A stretch of DNA of 64,000 bases. Source: Hydrolagus affinis. Its lineage: Eukaryota. Of the stretch, positions 1 through 12,265 are shown one piece after another (position 1 is the first letter of the stretch; each line of letters opens with the position of its first letter). The notes beneath the pieces were generated by a model. That model saw only the letters and a program-made list of their open reading frames with translations. It searched no databases and was not told the origin of the DNA. Made by a program: the position numbers and the translations under genes. The DNA is taken from NCBI GenBank assembly GCA_012026655.1, contig JAAILG010000350.1, positions 1 to 64,000 on the forward strand. The letters run 5' to 3'.

Positions 1-350
1 ACTCTCCTCGCCCAGGTGTCAGCAGGCAGCAATAATCTACTGTACCACCATGTTACTCAAAATTATTAAAGGGATCATGAAAACACAGCAGACCACATCA
101 AGATGGTAATGTCCCTTTAAGAGCATGCGCAGCAAAGCTGATGAGTTGCAAGAATTGACGGGATCTATCAATCCATGGGCCCTGGACCCAGATTGCTTAT
201 GTCCCTTTCAGCTAGACTTACCTGCCTGAGGAAATCACCTGAAATAAGACCACAAAACAACAGGATACAACACAAAATCTTCCATCTGTTCTTTCAAAAT
301 CAAATGGGTGATATCTGAATTAATGAAAACCGTATAGAATTTGGATGCAC

Positions 351-478
351 NNNNNNNNNNNNNNNNNNNNNNNNNNNNNNNNNNNNNNNNNNNNNNNNNN
401 NNNNNNNNNNNNNNNNNNNNNNNNNNNNNNNNNNNNNNNNNNNNNNNNNNNNNNNNNNNNNNNNNNNNNNNNNNNNNN
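351..478. other. Assembly gap
   Basis: Run of N. Confidence 1.
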
Positions 479-689
479 ATATACAGTAAGATATGAGGGA
501 GAAAGGAATGGAGGGTTATTAGGAGAGGGTATTACGCTGGATAGAGGCCCATGAAACTAAATAAACACCGCCACAGATTACTTGAGTTGAAACACCTGTT
601 TCCATGTTGTATATAATTCTATGTAATTCTATATAATTTATCATTTTTGTTCAAACCGCATCTACCTGAGTAAGTAAGCATAGATAATA

Positions 690-1008
690 CTCCTGTGGCC
701 AGTGGTTAGAGCACTTGTCTTGCAAGCTGGGGAGACCAAGCTGGGGAGACCAGGCAGGTCAGGGCGAAACCTTGGGCAGGTTTCCTTACTCCACATGCCT
801 AATAATAATCCGTCAAAAAAAAAACACAATAATAAAATTGGTCATTTCAATCCACGACTGTGTGTGGGACACTGCTGTGCGCAATTGGCTGTTGCAATTC
901 GCCCACAAATATACAGTCAATTCACTTTACAGTATATTCTGTGAAGCGCTTTGGCACGTCGATAAGATGTGAAAAGCGCTCTATCAAATGCAAGGATTAT
1001 TATTATAT
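690..1008 (+). mobile_element. tRNA-derived Deu-type SINE, variant head
   Basis: tRNA-like head (AGTGGTTAGAGCAC), central GGGACACTGCTGTGCGCAATTGGCTG block, L2-like tail ending (TTA)n. Confidence 0.9.
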
Positions 1009-1250
1009 TAATAATAATTTTGATTTAGCTCCTTATCAGGTCATTGAGATGCCTCAAAGCGCTTCACAGGATATCCTGTAAAGTGGAATGACTATTTTGT
1101 TGGTGAAATCAGCAGCCAGTTGTGCACAGCAGTGTCCCATAGTGTCACATGGGAGTGAGTGACCAATCTTATCTGGGGAATTATTGTCCAAGAAACTGGT
1201 AGAAACTCCCTTTTTTTTGTATAGCACCATGAGATTTTTAACATCGCTTT
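1009..1250 (-). mobile_element. Older Deu-type SINE, tail-to-tail with the previous copy
   Basis: Reverse complement of the tail and central block (CAGCCAGTTGTGCACAGCAGTGTCCCA). Confidence 0.75.
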
Positions 1251-2680
1251 TATTTTATAGATTGTAAAATATCACAGACACATACTCAGACACATATAAT
1301 GTAAACATACAATATACACATCAAACAGCAACATCATATGGTATATACACACAGGTTAGAATTTGGGCAAAATTTAGTTTAATTTTGTCAAGGATGCTCA
1401 CCTTGAAGTCAACACAGAGTTGTGAATGCTGTCACTCTGAGAAATTCACAAAGACAAAAATGTGCTCAAGTGAGCTGGATGTTAATGATGTGCAACAACA
1501 TACATTTTAGTGTATCACCTGGGAGATAAGCAAAGGAGACAGAAGCACTTTGGTGATCTCCTCTGTGTAGGCCATTTCAATGTCCATTACACACATCAAC
1601 AGCAGGCTCCGAAACAAGGCATTTCATTGTACTCTGACATTGCAAACTGTGCGTTGCAATGAATCACTAAAACAAAGAAACTCAAGGCAACTTTCTGTCC
1701 AATTTTTCATCTTAGAACTAAAGCCATTCCCAGTTCTGTCACCTGCTGGGAATTCTTCTTCGCAGGCCTCGACAGTGGTTTCTTAACAATGCAATTCGAT
1801 AGCATTAAGCATGATGCAGAAGGCTTGGGAATTTAACACATAAGGGACAAATGCTATTTGTCCTCAGGGCAAGTGCAAAGTAGCACTTGCCCACCCATGT
1901 TGTAGGTTTTCAATGCACGCACACTACAGAGATAATGGCTCCACTCAAGGGACACTATGGACTGACTAAACAGAGCAGGACGAGAAGTTGCTGGGGGCAC
2001 ATAACAGGGACATTTTACATTACCTGGAGGCTACATGCAAATTACTGTAAATCAGCACAGACAAGACCCATCTGAAATGGACAATATGGTGTGGGGACAG
2101 CTGGTATTTAAAATAACACCAAAAAAATGAAAGGGAACAAATATCAAGTCCTGTTCCCCCTCAAGGTATATGTTTTTGGACACAGGTCCCTGCTCACGTG
2201 GTGCTGGAGATCAACAGTCCATACCTGCCCCTGTTCTTTTGCTCACTGCCTTGAAAAAACAATGCTCAATGCCACAAATTACCAGGAAGCAAATAACCGT
2301 ATTTCCTCTCGTAAACATGTTCCGTCACCCCCTTGGCGAGTGCTGCGGAGGTCTGACAATGTAAGCAAGTAACAATTACAAGAATACTTATAATAATAGA
2401 ATAATAATGTCACTTGCTTAGGAGCACATTATCGCTGACTCATTTCCAAAGCCCATTAGTGCGAGGAGCTTATATTACAATGCCACTGAGGAACAAGTGT
2501 ACTAAAGGACCTCTTGCTGCATTAAGGCCACAAATCTTACCTCAGTGTATTTTTTTTTATTATCGGCAGTCCATTATTGAAACGTTTCTGGATGCAGCAC
2601 TTGCATCACATCATTACAATCACCAGTGCATGCCCCTGACAAATGTAAATTCCCAGAGCATTTAGCTGATCATCAGCTTT

Positions 2681-4890
2681 CAACAACACCAACAAAATTA
2701 CACTTGTATAGCGACTTTCACATCAGGAGGACGTCCCAAGGCGCTGGACAGTCATTATTTCAGACCCAAGCTTGGGTCGGGGACGGGGAGGGTGGAGGGA
2801 AAGTGGAGGATTTGGGGTGACCAATGGGACCGTCAAAGAGAAGGGACTTGAGGCATGACTTGAAAGAGGCCAGTGAGGAGGCAAGGCGGAGGGACTGTAG
2901 GATGAAGTTCCAGAGATTGGGGGCAAACTGACTGAAGGCTCGTCCACCAATGGTGGGGAGGCTGGATTAGGGGACGTGGAGCAAGCCGAAATCTGCTGAG
3001 TGGAGCAGGTGGGCAGGTTGGTAGGGGGTTAGGAGGTCACAGATGTAAGGCAGGGCGAGGCCTTGGAGGGCGTGGCTTTAAATGTGAGGACCAGGATCTT
3101 CAATTGGATTCTCTAGATGACGGGGAGCCAATGGAGTCGGGCAAGGATGGGCGAGATGGGGGTCACAAAGCTTGGAGCAGTAGAGGACACGGGCCGCAGA
3201 GTTCTGGATTATCTACAACCTATGGAGGGAGGAATTGGGAAGGCCAAAAAGCAGGGCATTGGCGTAGTCGAGCCGGGATGTGATGAAGGCATGAATGAGG
3301 GTTTCAGCGGCGTTGGGGGTGAGGAAATGGCGGAGTTGGGCAATATTGCGAAGGTGAGGGAAAGTAGAGCTTGGGTGTGGGGGAGGAAAGACTGTTGAGG
3401 ATCGAACAAGACAATTAGGTTCCTGACTGGCTTGGTGAGATTGAGTGTGCAACCATGGAGGTTGATGCTGACAGTGTCTGATGCATAAAGGCACTGGAAT
3501 GAGCCAATCAGGAGGGCCTCAGTCCGGTTGATATTCAACTGTAGAAAGTTAGCTCTCATCCAGGACTTGATGTCTGACAGGCAGTCTGTCAGGATAGTAG
3601 TGGTCCTGGAGTCGAGAGTAATAATAATCCTTGGATTTGATATAGCGCTTTCACATCTTATCAACGTCCCAAAGCGCTTCAAAGAATATACTGTAAAGTG
3701 AATTGACTGTATATTTGTGGGCGAATCGCGGCAGCCAATTACGCACAGCAGTGTCCCACATTGAAATGACCAATTTTATTATTGTGATTTTTTTTGGACG
3801 GATTATTATTAGGTAAGGAAATCTTGCCCAAGGTTTCGCCCTGATTTTCCTGGAACACAGGTCTCCCCAGCTTGGTCTCCCAGCTTGCAAGACAAGTGCT
3901 CTAACCACTAAGCCACAGGAGCACATGAGCCACAGGGTAGAGGCAGAGAGATAGAGTTGGGTGTCTTCTGCATACATGTGGAAATTGATCCTATGTCTGC
4001 GGATGATGTCACCAACGGGGAGCATGTAGATGTTAAAAAGTAGGGGGCCAAGGACAGAGCCCTGGGGATGCCACAGGTGACAGTGTGGTGGCTGGAACAG
4101 CAGCCGTTGGTGGCGATAAAGTGGAGACGATGAGAAAGGTAGGAGTCGAACCAGGCGAGGGCTGGTCCGTGGAGATTGAGGTGGGAGGAGAGAAGGTGTA
4201 GGAAGATGTGTCGAAGGCAGCAGAGAGATCGAAGCAGACAAGGAAGCAAAGAGAGTCCTGATCGCAAATGTTTAGAGTCTCATTAGAGACTTTGACCAGG
4301 GCTGTCTCTACTGTGGGCAGCACAGAAACCGGATTGCGGGCATTCAAAAAGGGAATGGCGAGAGAGAAAGGAGCGCAGCTGGGAAGCAATGACTTGTTCC
4401 AGGGCCTTACAGAGGAATGAGAGGTTGGAGATGGGATGGGGAGATGGAGAGTAGGGATGGGTCCAGTGAAGGTTTTTGGTGATTACAGCTGTTTTTAGAG
4501 GGATGGGAACAATGCCGGTGGATAGCGAGAGGTTGATGATGTCAATTAGATGGGGGGCTAGGAGGTGGAGCTGGGAGATGCGGAGAGAGATGGGGATGGG
4601 ATCGAGGGAGTAGGTGGTTGGTTTCGTTTTTCGGATGAGAGCAGAGAGGGCGATAGGTGATGGTAGAGGATTGAGTAGGTAGAAGGCATTTGGAGGTGTT
4701 AAGGGAGTTGAAGTGGTGATCTGAGATAGCTTCGTCAGTGATGGTGATGTCCGAAACGGTAACGCCTGGATGATCACCAGGTCGAGCGGGTAGCCACGGA
4801 TGTTGGTGGTGGAGTGGATGTGGAGGGAGAGATTGAGGGAGGTGAGGAGGGAGGGGAAGATAGTTTTCAAATAGTTTATCATCACTGATT
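2681..4890 (-). mobile_element. L2-clade LINE, 5'-truncated and decayed
   Basis: Broken RT frames: [24 protein letters not shown]...[40 protein letters not shown]. (TTG)n-type 3' tail at ~2681. Confidence 0.93.
3620..3925 (-). mobile_element. SINE nested in the L2, variant head
   Basis: Full SINE interrupting the L2 reading frame between ...YLSAST and LDSRTT... Confidence 0.92.
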
Positions 4891-5098
4891 GGGTCAGTGT
4901 TTCAACAACACTACTAACAACTTACATTTGTTTTGTATGGGTGAGTATCCAGGCAACAGAGTTATGGATTAGTTATGCATGGTGGAGCTGGATAGACCAG
5001 AAAGGCTTTGGAATAGTCCATGGAAAGTGAAAAGGGTGTGGACAAGGGCCGCACTGGTTTTGAGGTATGAACAGAGGCAGGCAATGCCCGTGCCCTAC

Positions 5099-5396
5099 TG
5101 TGGAGTCCTGTAGCACTCGCCTTGCAAGCAACAGACCTGGGTTCGATTCCTGGCAAGGCAACACCTTGGGCAAGTTTTCTCACTCAACGTGCCTAATAGT
5201 AATCCCTCACAAGAAAAAAAAGAATAAATTTGTCAGTTCAATCGACGACTGTTTGTGGGACACTGCTGTGCGTAATTGGCTGCCGGGTGTTGCCCACAAA
5301 TGTACAGTCAATTCACTTTACAGTATATCTCTTGAAGTGCTTTGAGACATCTAGAAGACATAACAAGTGCTATATGAAATGCAAGGATTAGTATTC
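5099..5396 (+). mobile_element. tRNA-derived SINE
   Basis: Head with B-box GGTTCGATTCC, central block, tail. Confidence 0.9.
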
Positions 5397-5399
5397 TAA

Positions 5400-5700
5400 A
5401 GCGACAGAGATGGAAAAAAGTGGTCCTGGTTAAGGAAAGGATGCGAGGTAGAAAGGAAAGCTAGGGATCAAACCTGACGCCTAAGTTACGCACGTGTTTG
5501 GTTAGTCTGACGGAGAGCCTGGGGCAGTTGAGGATTTTAGACCTGCAGGAGAGAAGGCGCTGACAGGAACCAAAGGGTATGGTTTCTATCTTGCCGACTT
5601 TCAGCTGCAGGAAATTTGCGCTCATCGACGCCTTGATGTCCATCAAACAAGATGACAGGACATTAGGAGAATGGAAGTCGCAGCTGGAGGAGGAGAAATA
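5400..5700 (-). mobile_element. Old L2 fragment
   Basis: DIKASMSANFLQLKVGKIE...VRNLGVRFDP, similar to the L2 at 3209-3682. Confidence 0.75.
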
Positions 5701-6335
5701 GATTTATGGAAGTTTCAAGTTCCTCCCCAATCCTTTGCCCCCATCTCAATAAAAAGCTGCTGGCACAGTTGGTACAATGCGCAGCCATCTCCCTCTGGGT
5801 CCAGACTTGGTGTTTCAGGGCTCCGTGAGCACCAGTCTGATGAGATGTAAAGCCCTGGTCACATCTGTCACAGCTAGTGGATGTTATAGATCCCTTGGGC
5901 ACTTGCTACAGAGGTGAGAGGTATTCCCAGAGCCACACAAGCCCTCATAATAAACCCCGCTTCACACAGGAGCTGAATACAATTTGTTTCACACCATGGT
6001 TCTGATCTCTGCATAAATATCATAAACCACTATGAGCCTCTCCACCCACGAAGCGTTTCTTTTTTTATTTTGTTTTCTTTAAAACCACCAAGCTACAAAG
6101 AGAACACATGGCAGCCAGATGGGGTACAGTTAGTGATATATACTTGAGAACCCCACCAAGCAAGCTTGCTCCAGACTCTGTCTGACACAGTGATGGAGGG
6201 AGGGAGGGATCAATGTCACTCGGAATAAACCCCCGAGATATACAATATATACACATATACACTATATATATACACACACACCACAATACCCATCCACATC
6301 ATTTTGATATATAAAAATAATAATTTAAATGATCT

Positions 6336-6648
6336 CAAGTAGCTGTTCATGGTTACAGCACTCGCCTTACAAGCGTGAGACCTGTGTTCGAATCCAGGCA
6401 TATCAGGGTGAAACCCTGGGCAACTTTCCTTACTCCACGTGCCGAATAGTAATCCGTCCCCCCACCCAAAAAAAAAATTGGTCATTTTCAATCCATAACT
6501 ATTTGTGGGACACTGCCTTGCACAACTGGCTGCCGCATTTCACCCACAAATATACAGTCAATTCACTTTACAGCATATTCCGTGAAGCACTTTGAGAATC
6601 GATAAGATGTGAAAAGCGCTATATCAAATGCAAGGATTATTATTATTT
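6336..6648 (+). mobile_element. tRNA-derived SINE
   Basis: Same family consensus, (TTA)n tail. Confidence 0.9.
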
Positions 6649-7555
6649 AAGATGACATCAATGAGAACCTGGCTGCTTCTTTCTCACTTTACAGCATCTA
6701 CAAAGACAATGAGGTTTCTCATTCAAATCTCAAATCGTTTTGAAATTAATTAACAAGACAACCTTCAGATCCGACGCAGGCAACTCAGCATCCACCTACA
6801 ACCAAAGCCAGATATATATCCTACTGACAGGCACAACACTGAACACTCTCTTATTTGTCAAGGTGGATGATGGCATTGATGGGGAATGGGATGTCAGCAT
6901 TATGCATTCATACTGGTTAACTGCAGAGCAAAGCTCATTTCGGCTCTACTTCCCCAAAATGGTAGGACATAACCCACAAGCTCACAAATTTAGAAGAGTG
7001 TCCTTTCCCTCATTCCATTTTCCAGGCCAGGCAGACGGTTTTGTCCTCTTGATGGATGACGTTGACAACTGAGCGTCACTGGGAGCCAACTTGGTGGTAT
7101 GTTTGAGCTACGGCCCATAGAAGTGGATTGATACTGCCCCTAAACCTGCTTCATATGGGTGCCTTCAGAAAAGAGATGTGTTCTATCACATCCAATCTGT
7201 GTTGCATTAAAATCTTGATCGCACAGTTCAAAGGCGAGTCATCCCAAATACATACAGCAGATCTGGTTAGAAATACTCATGGACGTGATCAGGGGTACTC
7301 TTTTGGGCTTGGAGTTATTCGTTTGAGCAGAGTAGAGGGAGTTTTGCATTGAACCAGTACAGCAGCTGACAAGTGGAAAACACACACAAACAAAATCCCC
7401 TTCTTCAATAATGACAACCTTTACCCCAATGAATAAATCAGCAACATCAACAAAATTACATTGTAATATAGTGCCTTTCATGTCGGGAGGACGTCCCAAC
7501 GCACTGGATCAGAGTTTAATATACTTCTAATATCCTCTAGTGGGATTTTATACAC

Positions 7556-7564
7556 ATATATACT

Positions 7565-7602
<38 letters not shown>
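7556..7602. repeat. (TA)n microsatellite
   Basis: Direct reading. Confidence 0.95.
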
Positions 7603-7604
<2 letters not shown>

Positions 7605-8095
7605 AAGTTCTGCAGTCTTAACCTTTTTCTGCCAAGAGATATACCCAGCTTCATGACTCAGATGCGATACTGGCCAACAACTTGGGGTCTAATGCTTTTT
7701 TGGCTGGTTATTCAACCTATCCTAAAGACGAGAGTGCCCACAAGCTCGTTAAACAGCCACGTGATTAAAGAGATGGATGTGAAGAGGCGGGGAAAGCAAG
7801 CGGCAGATTAATCTGTCACACTGGACTTCAGAGCTGGTGGCTGTTTAACACTTACCATAACTATTTCAGAACTCCCTGAACACTGCCTTCTACCACTTGA
7901 TATTAGCACCTGTCCACCAGTGAAGGATATTGTAACATTGACCATTCAAAACAGCATGGGCTAGCACACACAGCGATCCAAATCAGCAGTAGTCTTGAGT
8001 AATGACATCTCTTCTTCATTAACCCAAGATAAATCATGCCCCTCTGTAAAACCTAAAACTTATATTTTTATATCCCACATTTCAGTTTACTCAGT

Positions 8096-8403
8096 TTAAT
8101 AATAATATTCCTTCCATTTGATATAGCAATTTTCACATCTTCTAGATGTCTTAAATCGCTTCACAGAATGTACTGTAAAGTGAATTGACTGCATATTTGT
8201 GAGCAAAACGAGGCAGCCAATTGCGCATAGCAGTGTCCCACAAATAGATTGAGTGGATTGAGTGACCAAATTATTATTTTTTTCCAAGAGGGATTATGAT
8301 CAGGCGTGTGGAGTGTTGCTGAATGTTTTGCCCTGTCGGGAATCAAACCCAGGTCTCTCGCTTGCAAGGCTAGTGCTCTAACCACTGAGCTATAGGACTC
8401 CAC
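8096..8403 (-). mobile_element. tRNA-derived SINE
   Basis: Reverse complement of the family consensus, ending CTATAGGACTCCAC. Confidence 0.9.
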
Positions 8404-8404
8404 A

Positions 8405-8775
8405 AACTTGGATTTGAGAGAGGACCCGATGAAGGCTTTTAAAATGCTGAGGGATTTTGATGAAACAAACAGAGAATTGATGGCTGGGATAGTTACTGGA
8501 GGGAAAAGATTGAAGATAATCACCGAAAGTGCAAAGACTAGGAAATGTTTTGTTGCAGAGTGTTATTAGGACATGAAACCTGTTTGGAACTATGGTTGAG
8601 GCAAAATCGATTGAGAGGGAATCAGATAAATATCCAAAATGGAGAAATATATAAAGGATGTGGGGAAAAAAGGCAGAAGAATGAGGCTAAATGGAAACCA
8701 CTATCAGAGCGCTCTGCAAAGGCATGATGGACCAAATGGCTTCCTTCTGTGCTGTAAACATTTATGGTTTTCTAC
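8405..8775 (+). mobile_element. Old CR1 3' fragment
   Basis: CR1-like 3' end GGCATGATGGACCAAATGGCTTCCTTCTGTGCTGTAAA preceded by decayed ORF2 C-terminal sequence. Confidence 0.7.
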
Positions 8776-10895
8776 ACTGACCTTGCCAGATCCAGGAGGT
8801 CCTAATCATGAAGAAGATGTGAGAATGAAGAAGAATACTTCTCTACAACACTTCAAGCTTGTGTTTCTTTTATTTATTTAAGGCTTCAATAGCTCAGGCT
8901 CAGAGATGAGGTCTCAAACAGACCATAGTGGGAAAGGTTGGTTGTTGCATAGCTAGTTTCGTGCAATTTGATACTTGCAATGAAAAGAACAATGTGCCGT
9001 TCTGTTCTAGAGAATGTTCCACATGTCCTTAAATCACATTCAATCACGCTTTAATACTTGAGTCCAGTTAACTCTGCAAAAACAAAGTCCAAAACGGTAG
9101 GGTGAGTCTAACTGGATAGGCAACAAGAGGCTTGCCTAACAGGATTGACAATGGCAAGCCACATAGTTTTCAGCACACTCTGGGATCAACAAGACTTGGC
9201 TCTTACCAACCTTTTAGGTGAGCAGGATGAGTCTCACTGAGGCAGAGACCGCATTACATTCCAGATAGATAGAATAAAATTTTGTGTTTAAAATCTAAAA
9301 GTATATAAACCAAACTACTGTATTAAAACATTGGGGATGGGTTTTTGATAAATCTGGCCAGTTCTTGGGCCCCCAAAACATAAAAAAAAAAGGAATATGT
9401 GCAACAAAAACACATTTAGCCAGACTCTAAAATATCATTGCAGATGCAACCTCAAAATGTGCTTGTCCCTTCCCCCCTCTTGCAACTCTATGTAGATGTA
9501 ACCATTAATATTAACAATCCGCTATCTAAATGCATCTTTAAGAAGCCTTCCACACTGAACACAATTCTGAATAAATTTGTATAACATTATAATTGAAAAT
9601 TCAGTATTTGCATACAATCAATGAGAAATAATGTAGATGGAATAGAGTTAACCTAAGTAAATATAAGGAGTTCATTGTTGTTGCTGTACTGTTATAAATA
9701 ACCTAGGTACTGATGCATCCTTTTAACAGTTTTACTGGTCACCATTTCAAATTGCATCAACATTTTTAAGTAAAGCTTGGTTTAAACTATGAACAAATAC
9801 TCTACCGGGTATTATTAACATTCATACAAAAATATGCAATTATGAAATTAAATAAATGAAAGAAATAATAACATACAGAATACTTATTAGAGAGGAATTT
9901 GCTTCCTATTGCTGCTTAATAGAGTTATACTGACAATTCTGCTGGCACATTTCTGAATCTTCATAGATATCAAAAGGGAGCTCTCCCAGTGTCCTAGCCA
10001 ACAATCCCCCAGATAAAATTGATCATTCACTTCATGGCTGTGTCCAAATTGGCTGCTGCTTTTGCCTACAAAATACACAACCACTACACTTTACAATAAA
10101 TCCTGTGAAGTGCATTGAGACGTGTCAATGACGTCATAAACTGCTATATATTTTTTGGGTTGAGCTAAAGTATTTAGTGCAAGTAGGGGGGAGAAATTCC
10201 ACAAGGTCTAGATTTATTCAATTAATTATTTAGAATCATCATTTTTGAGCAGAGTGAGGTTTGAATTCTTAATGTTACCATACACAACAAGTTGCTTTTA
10301 TACAGTGCGCTTCAAGCTATGTAGCATCTTGGAAGACTGAACAATGACTTAGTTTCATGCCGAGCTGGGAAGAAAGGGGAGGTGAGTTTAGAGGAGTCTT
10401 CTGGTGCAATCCGAAGACTGGTAATGAAGAAGGGCAAGGCAGAATGATTGAGTCAGAGAGTTCCAGAGGTAAAGTAATACTAAGATGAAAGAGAAAATTA
10501 TCAGGTCATCTTTGGGCACCGTCTCATGCCTCCCACAGACACAATGTAGAGCAGCATTGAAAACAGGCTGTCTGCCCATTCTCCTGTCTTGATAATAGCT
10601 TATGGATACAAGGAAAATAATAAAGTAACTTAGACTCATAAATCTATATCTTAAAAAATACATGGCAACGCCAGGTCACCATTTGTATCACATTGTGCAG
10701 CCTAAAATTCCGCACCTAGACAACTGTGTTATAATGGGTCTTGGATTAAAGAAAGAAATAAGACAAGAAACAAAGCAATCCCAGGCAACAACATTCCCCA
10801 CCCATCCACCCACGCACTTGCCTCTTGGACTTTTTATGGGACACTGCTGTATGTAAATTGGTCATCATGTTTGCCTACAAATATATTTCACAATA

Positions 10896-11160
10896 CATGG
10901 AAACTCCATTATAACATGATCAGCTGCACTCCATGTCTCACAATAAGCAAGGAAATGAAATATGGACAACTTCTGGCTTTTCAGATTGCTGAGGACCTCA
11001 CTTCCTGCATAAAATAATGTCAGTTCTGCTTCCATTGTACTCTATAGCGGTTGCACAGTGCGCATAGCACAAGAAGTGACATCAGCTGGACTGTGTGTTT
11101 GGTTCATGCATGGCAGCACTATATTGAGCTGTGTTATAGTAGGGGGTGGGGGTTCCTTGT
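10896..11160. mobile_element. Degenerate Tc1/mariner (Tigger-like) MITE
   Basis: TA|CATGGAAACTCCATTATAACA ... TGTTATAGTAGG..GGTTCCTTG|TA imperfect TIRs. Confidence 0.45.
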
Positions 11161-11672
11161 AATTACTGCCAATGCACTTTGACACGTTTCAATGTTATAG
11201 GCACTAAATTATTATGTGTAACAAACACATTGTAAGTATTGTCTAAACTCACTATTTGTGCTCACTATGTGCTTATTTGCCCTGTCCCTCTCCTAATGAT
11301 CATCTTATCTGTTTCATCAATTCAATATCAGTCAGCCAGTGGTATAGTGAGGCACGTTTTCATATAGATCTTTATGTGAGAATCGCTGCAGTGTAAATTT
11401 TTTTTAAAGTGATCTCCGTCGATTGGGGACACAGTTGTTGACATTCAAACAGGGGGAGAATGAAAGTTGTTCTCATGAAAGCAGTTTAGTTTCCATAATA
11501 TTACTTGCATTTGATACAGTGCCTTATCACATCTTTGAGACATCTCAAAGCACCTCACAGAACATACTGTAAAGTGAATGGACTGTATTTTGTGGGCGAA
11601 ATAATCCATCTAAGCAGAGAAGCCAATTCGTGCTTTTGGTTCTCACCCACACCCTTCGGTCCTAACGCCATT

Positions 11673-11994
11673 TAATAACAATAATAATCCTTGCATTTGA
11701 TATAGTGCTTTTCATGTCTTGTAGACATCTCAAAGAGCGTTACAGAATATACTGTAAGGTGAATTGACTGTATATTTGTGAGCGAAATACGGTAGCCAAT
11801 TGCGGACAGCAGTGTCCCCACAAACAGTCATGGATTCAAATGACCAATTTATTATGTATTGTTTTTTTTCTTGAGGGATTATTATCAGGTGTGTGAAGTA
11901 AGCAAACTTGTCTAAGGTTTCACTCTGCCTGGAATCGAACACAGGTCTCTCGCTTGTGAGGCGTGCTCTAACCACTGAGCTACAGGACTCCACA
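11673..11994 (-). mobile_element. tRNA-derived SINE
   Basis: Full-length reverse copy. Confidence 0.92.
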
Positions 11995-12162
11995 GCCGGT
12001 TCAGTGTTTCCAGCAACTACAATAAGTGTGACAGTACTACGGAAATCCCTCGGCAAAGAGAGAGAGAAAAGAAAAAAAATCACCTTTTTATGATTTACAT
12101 ATTGCTTTGCGGTCAGTCATGAAGGGTAGGAGGGGAAGGGAGAAGGCATGGAAGTGGCTAAC

Positions 12163-12186
12163 CTGGACTCTGCAAAAAGAATTAGG
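12163..12186 (-). CDS. BNC2: Candidate 24-nt in-frame microexon (PNSFCRVQ) of BNC2
   Basis: Acceptor CTTTTCCCCTTTGCAG|, donor CAG|GTTAGC, phase 0-0 matching the host intron, no stop codon. Confidence 0.55.
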
Positions 12187-12216
12187 CTGCAAAGGGGAAA
12201 AGCTGGGGTAGTTTGA

Positions 12217-12265
12217 CAGCAGCAGCCACATCAGCAGCAGCAGCCACATCAGCAGCAGCAGCCGC
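12217..12265. repeat. Interrupted CAG/CTG repeat (18-bp unit CAGCAGCAGCCACATCAG, ~2.5 copies)
   Basis: Direct reading. Confidence 0.9.

Noticed and set aside
5663-5902. ORF with CDRC motif as the next BNC2 exon (CDQCKHGW)
   Set aside because: The surrounding residues do not match and the sequence looks like old SINE debris.
12217-12265. PolyQ/H coding repeat on the plus strand
   Set aside because: There is no supporting plus-strand ORF or exon structure, and the host gene is on the minus strand.
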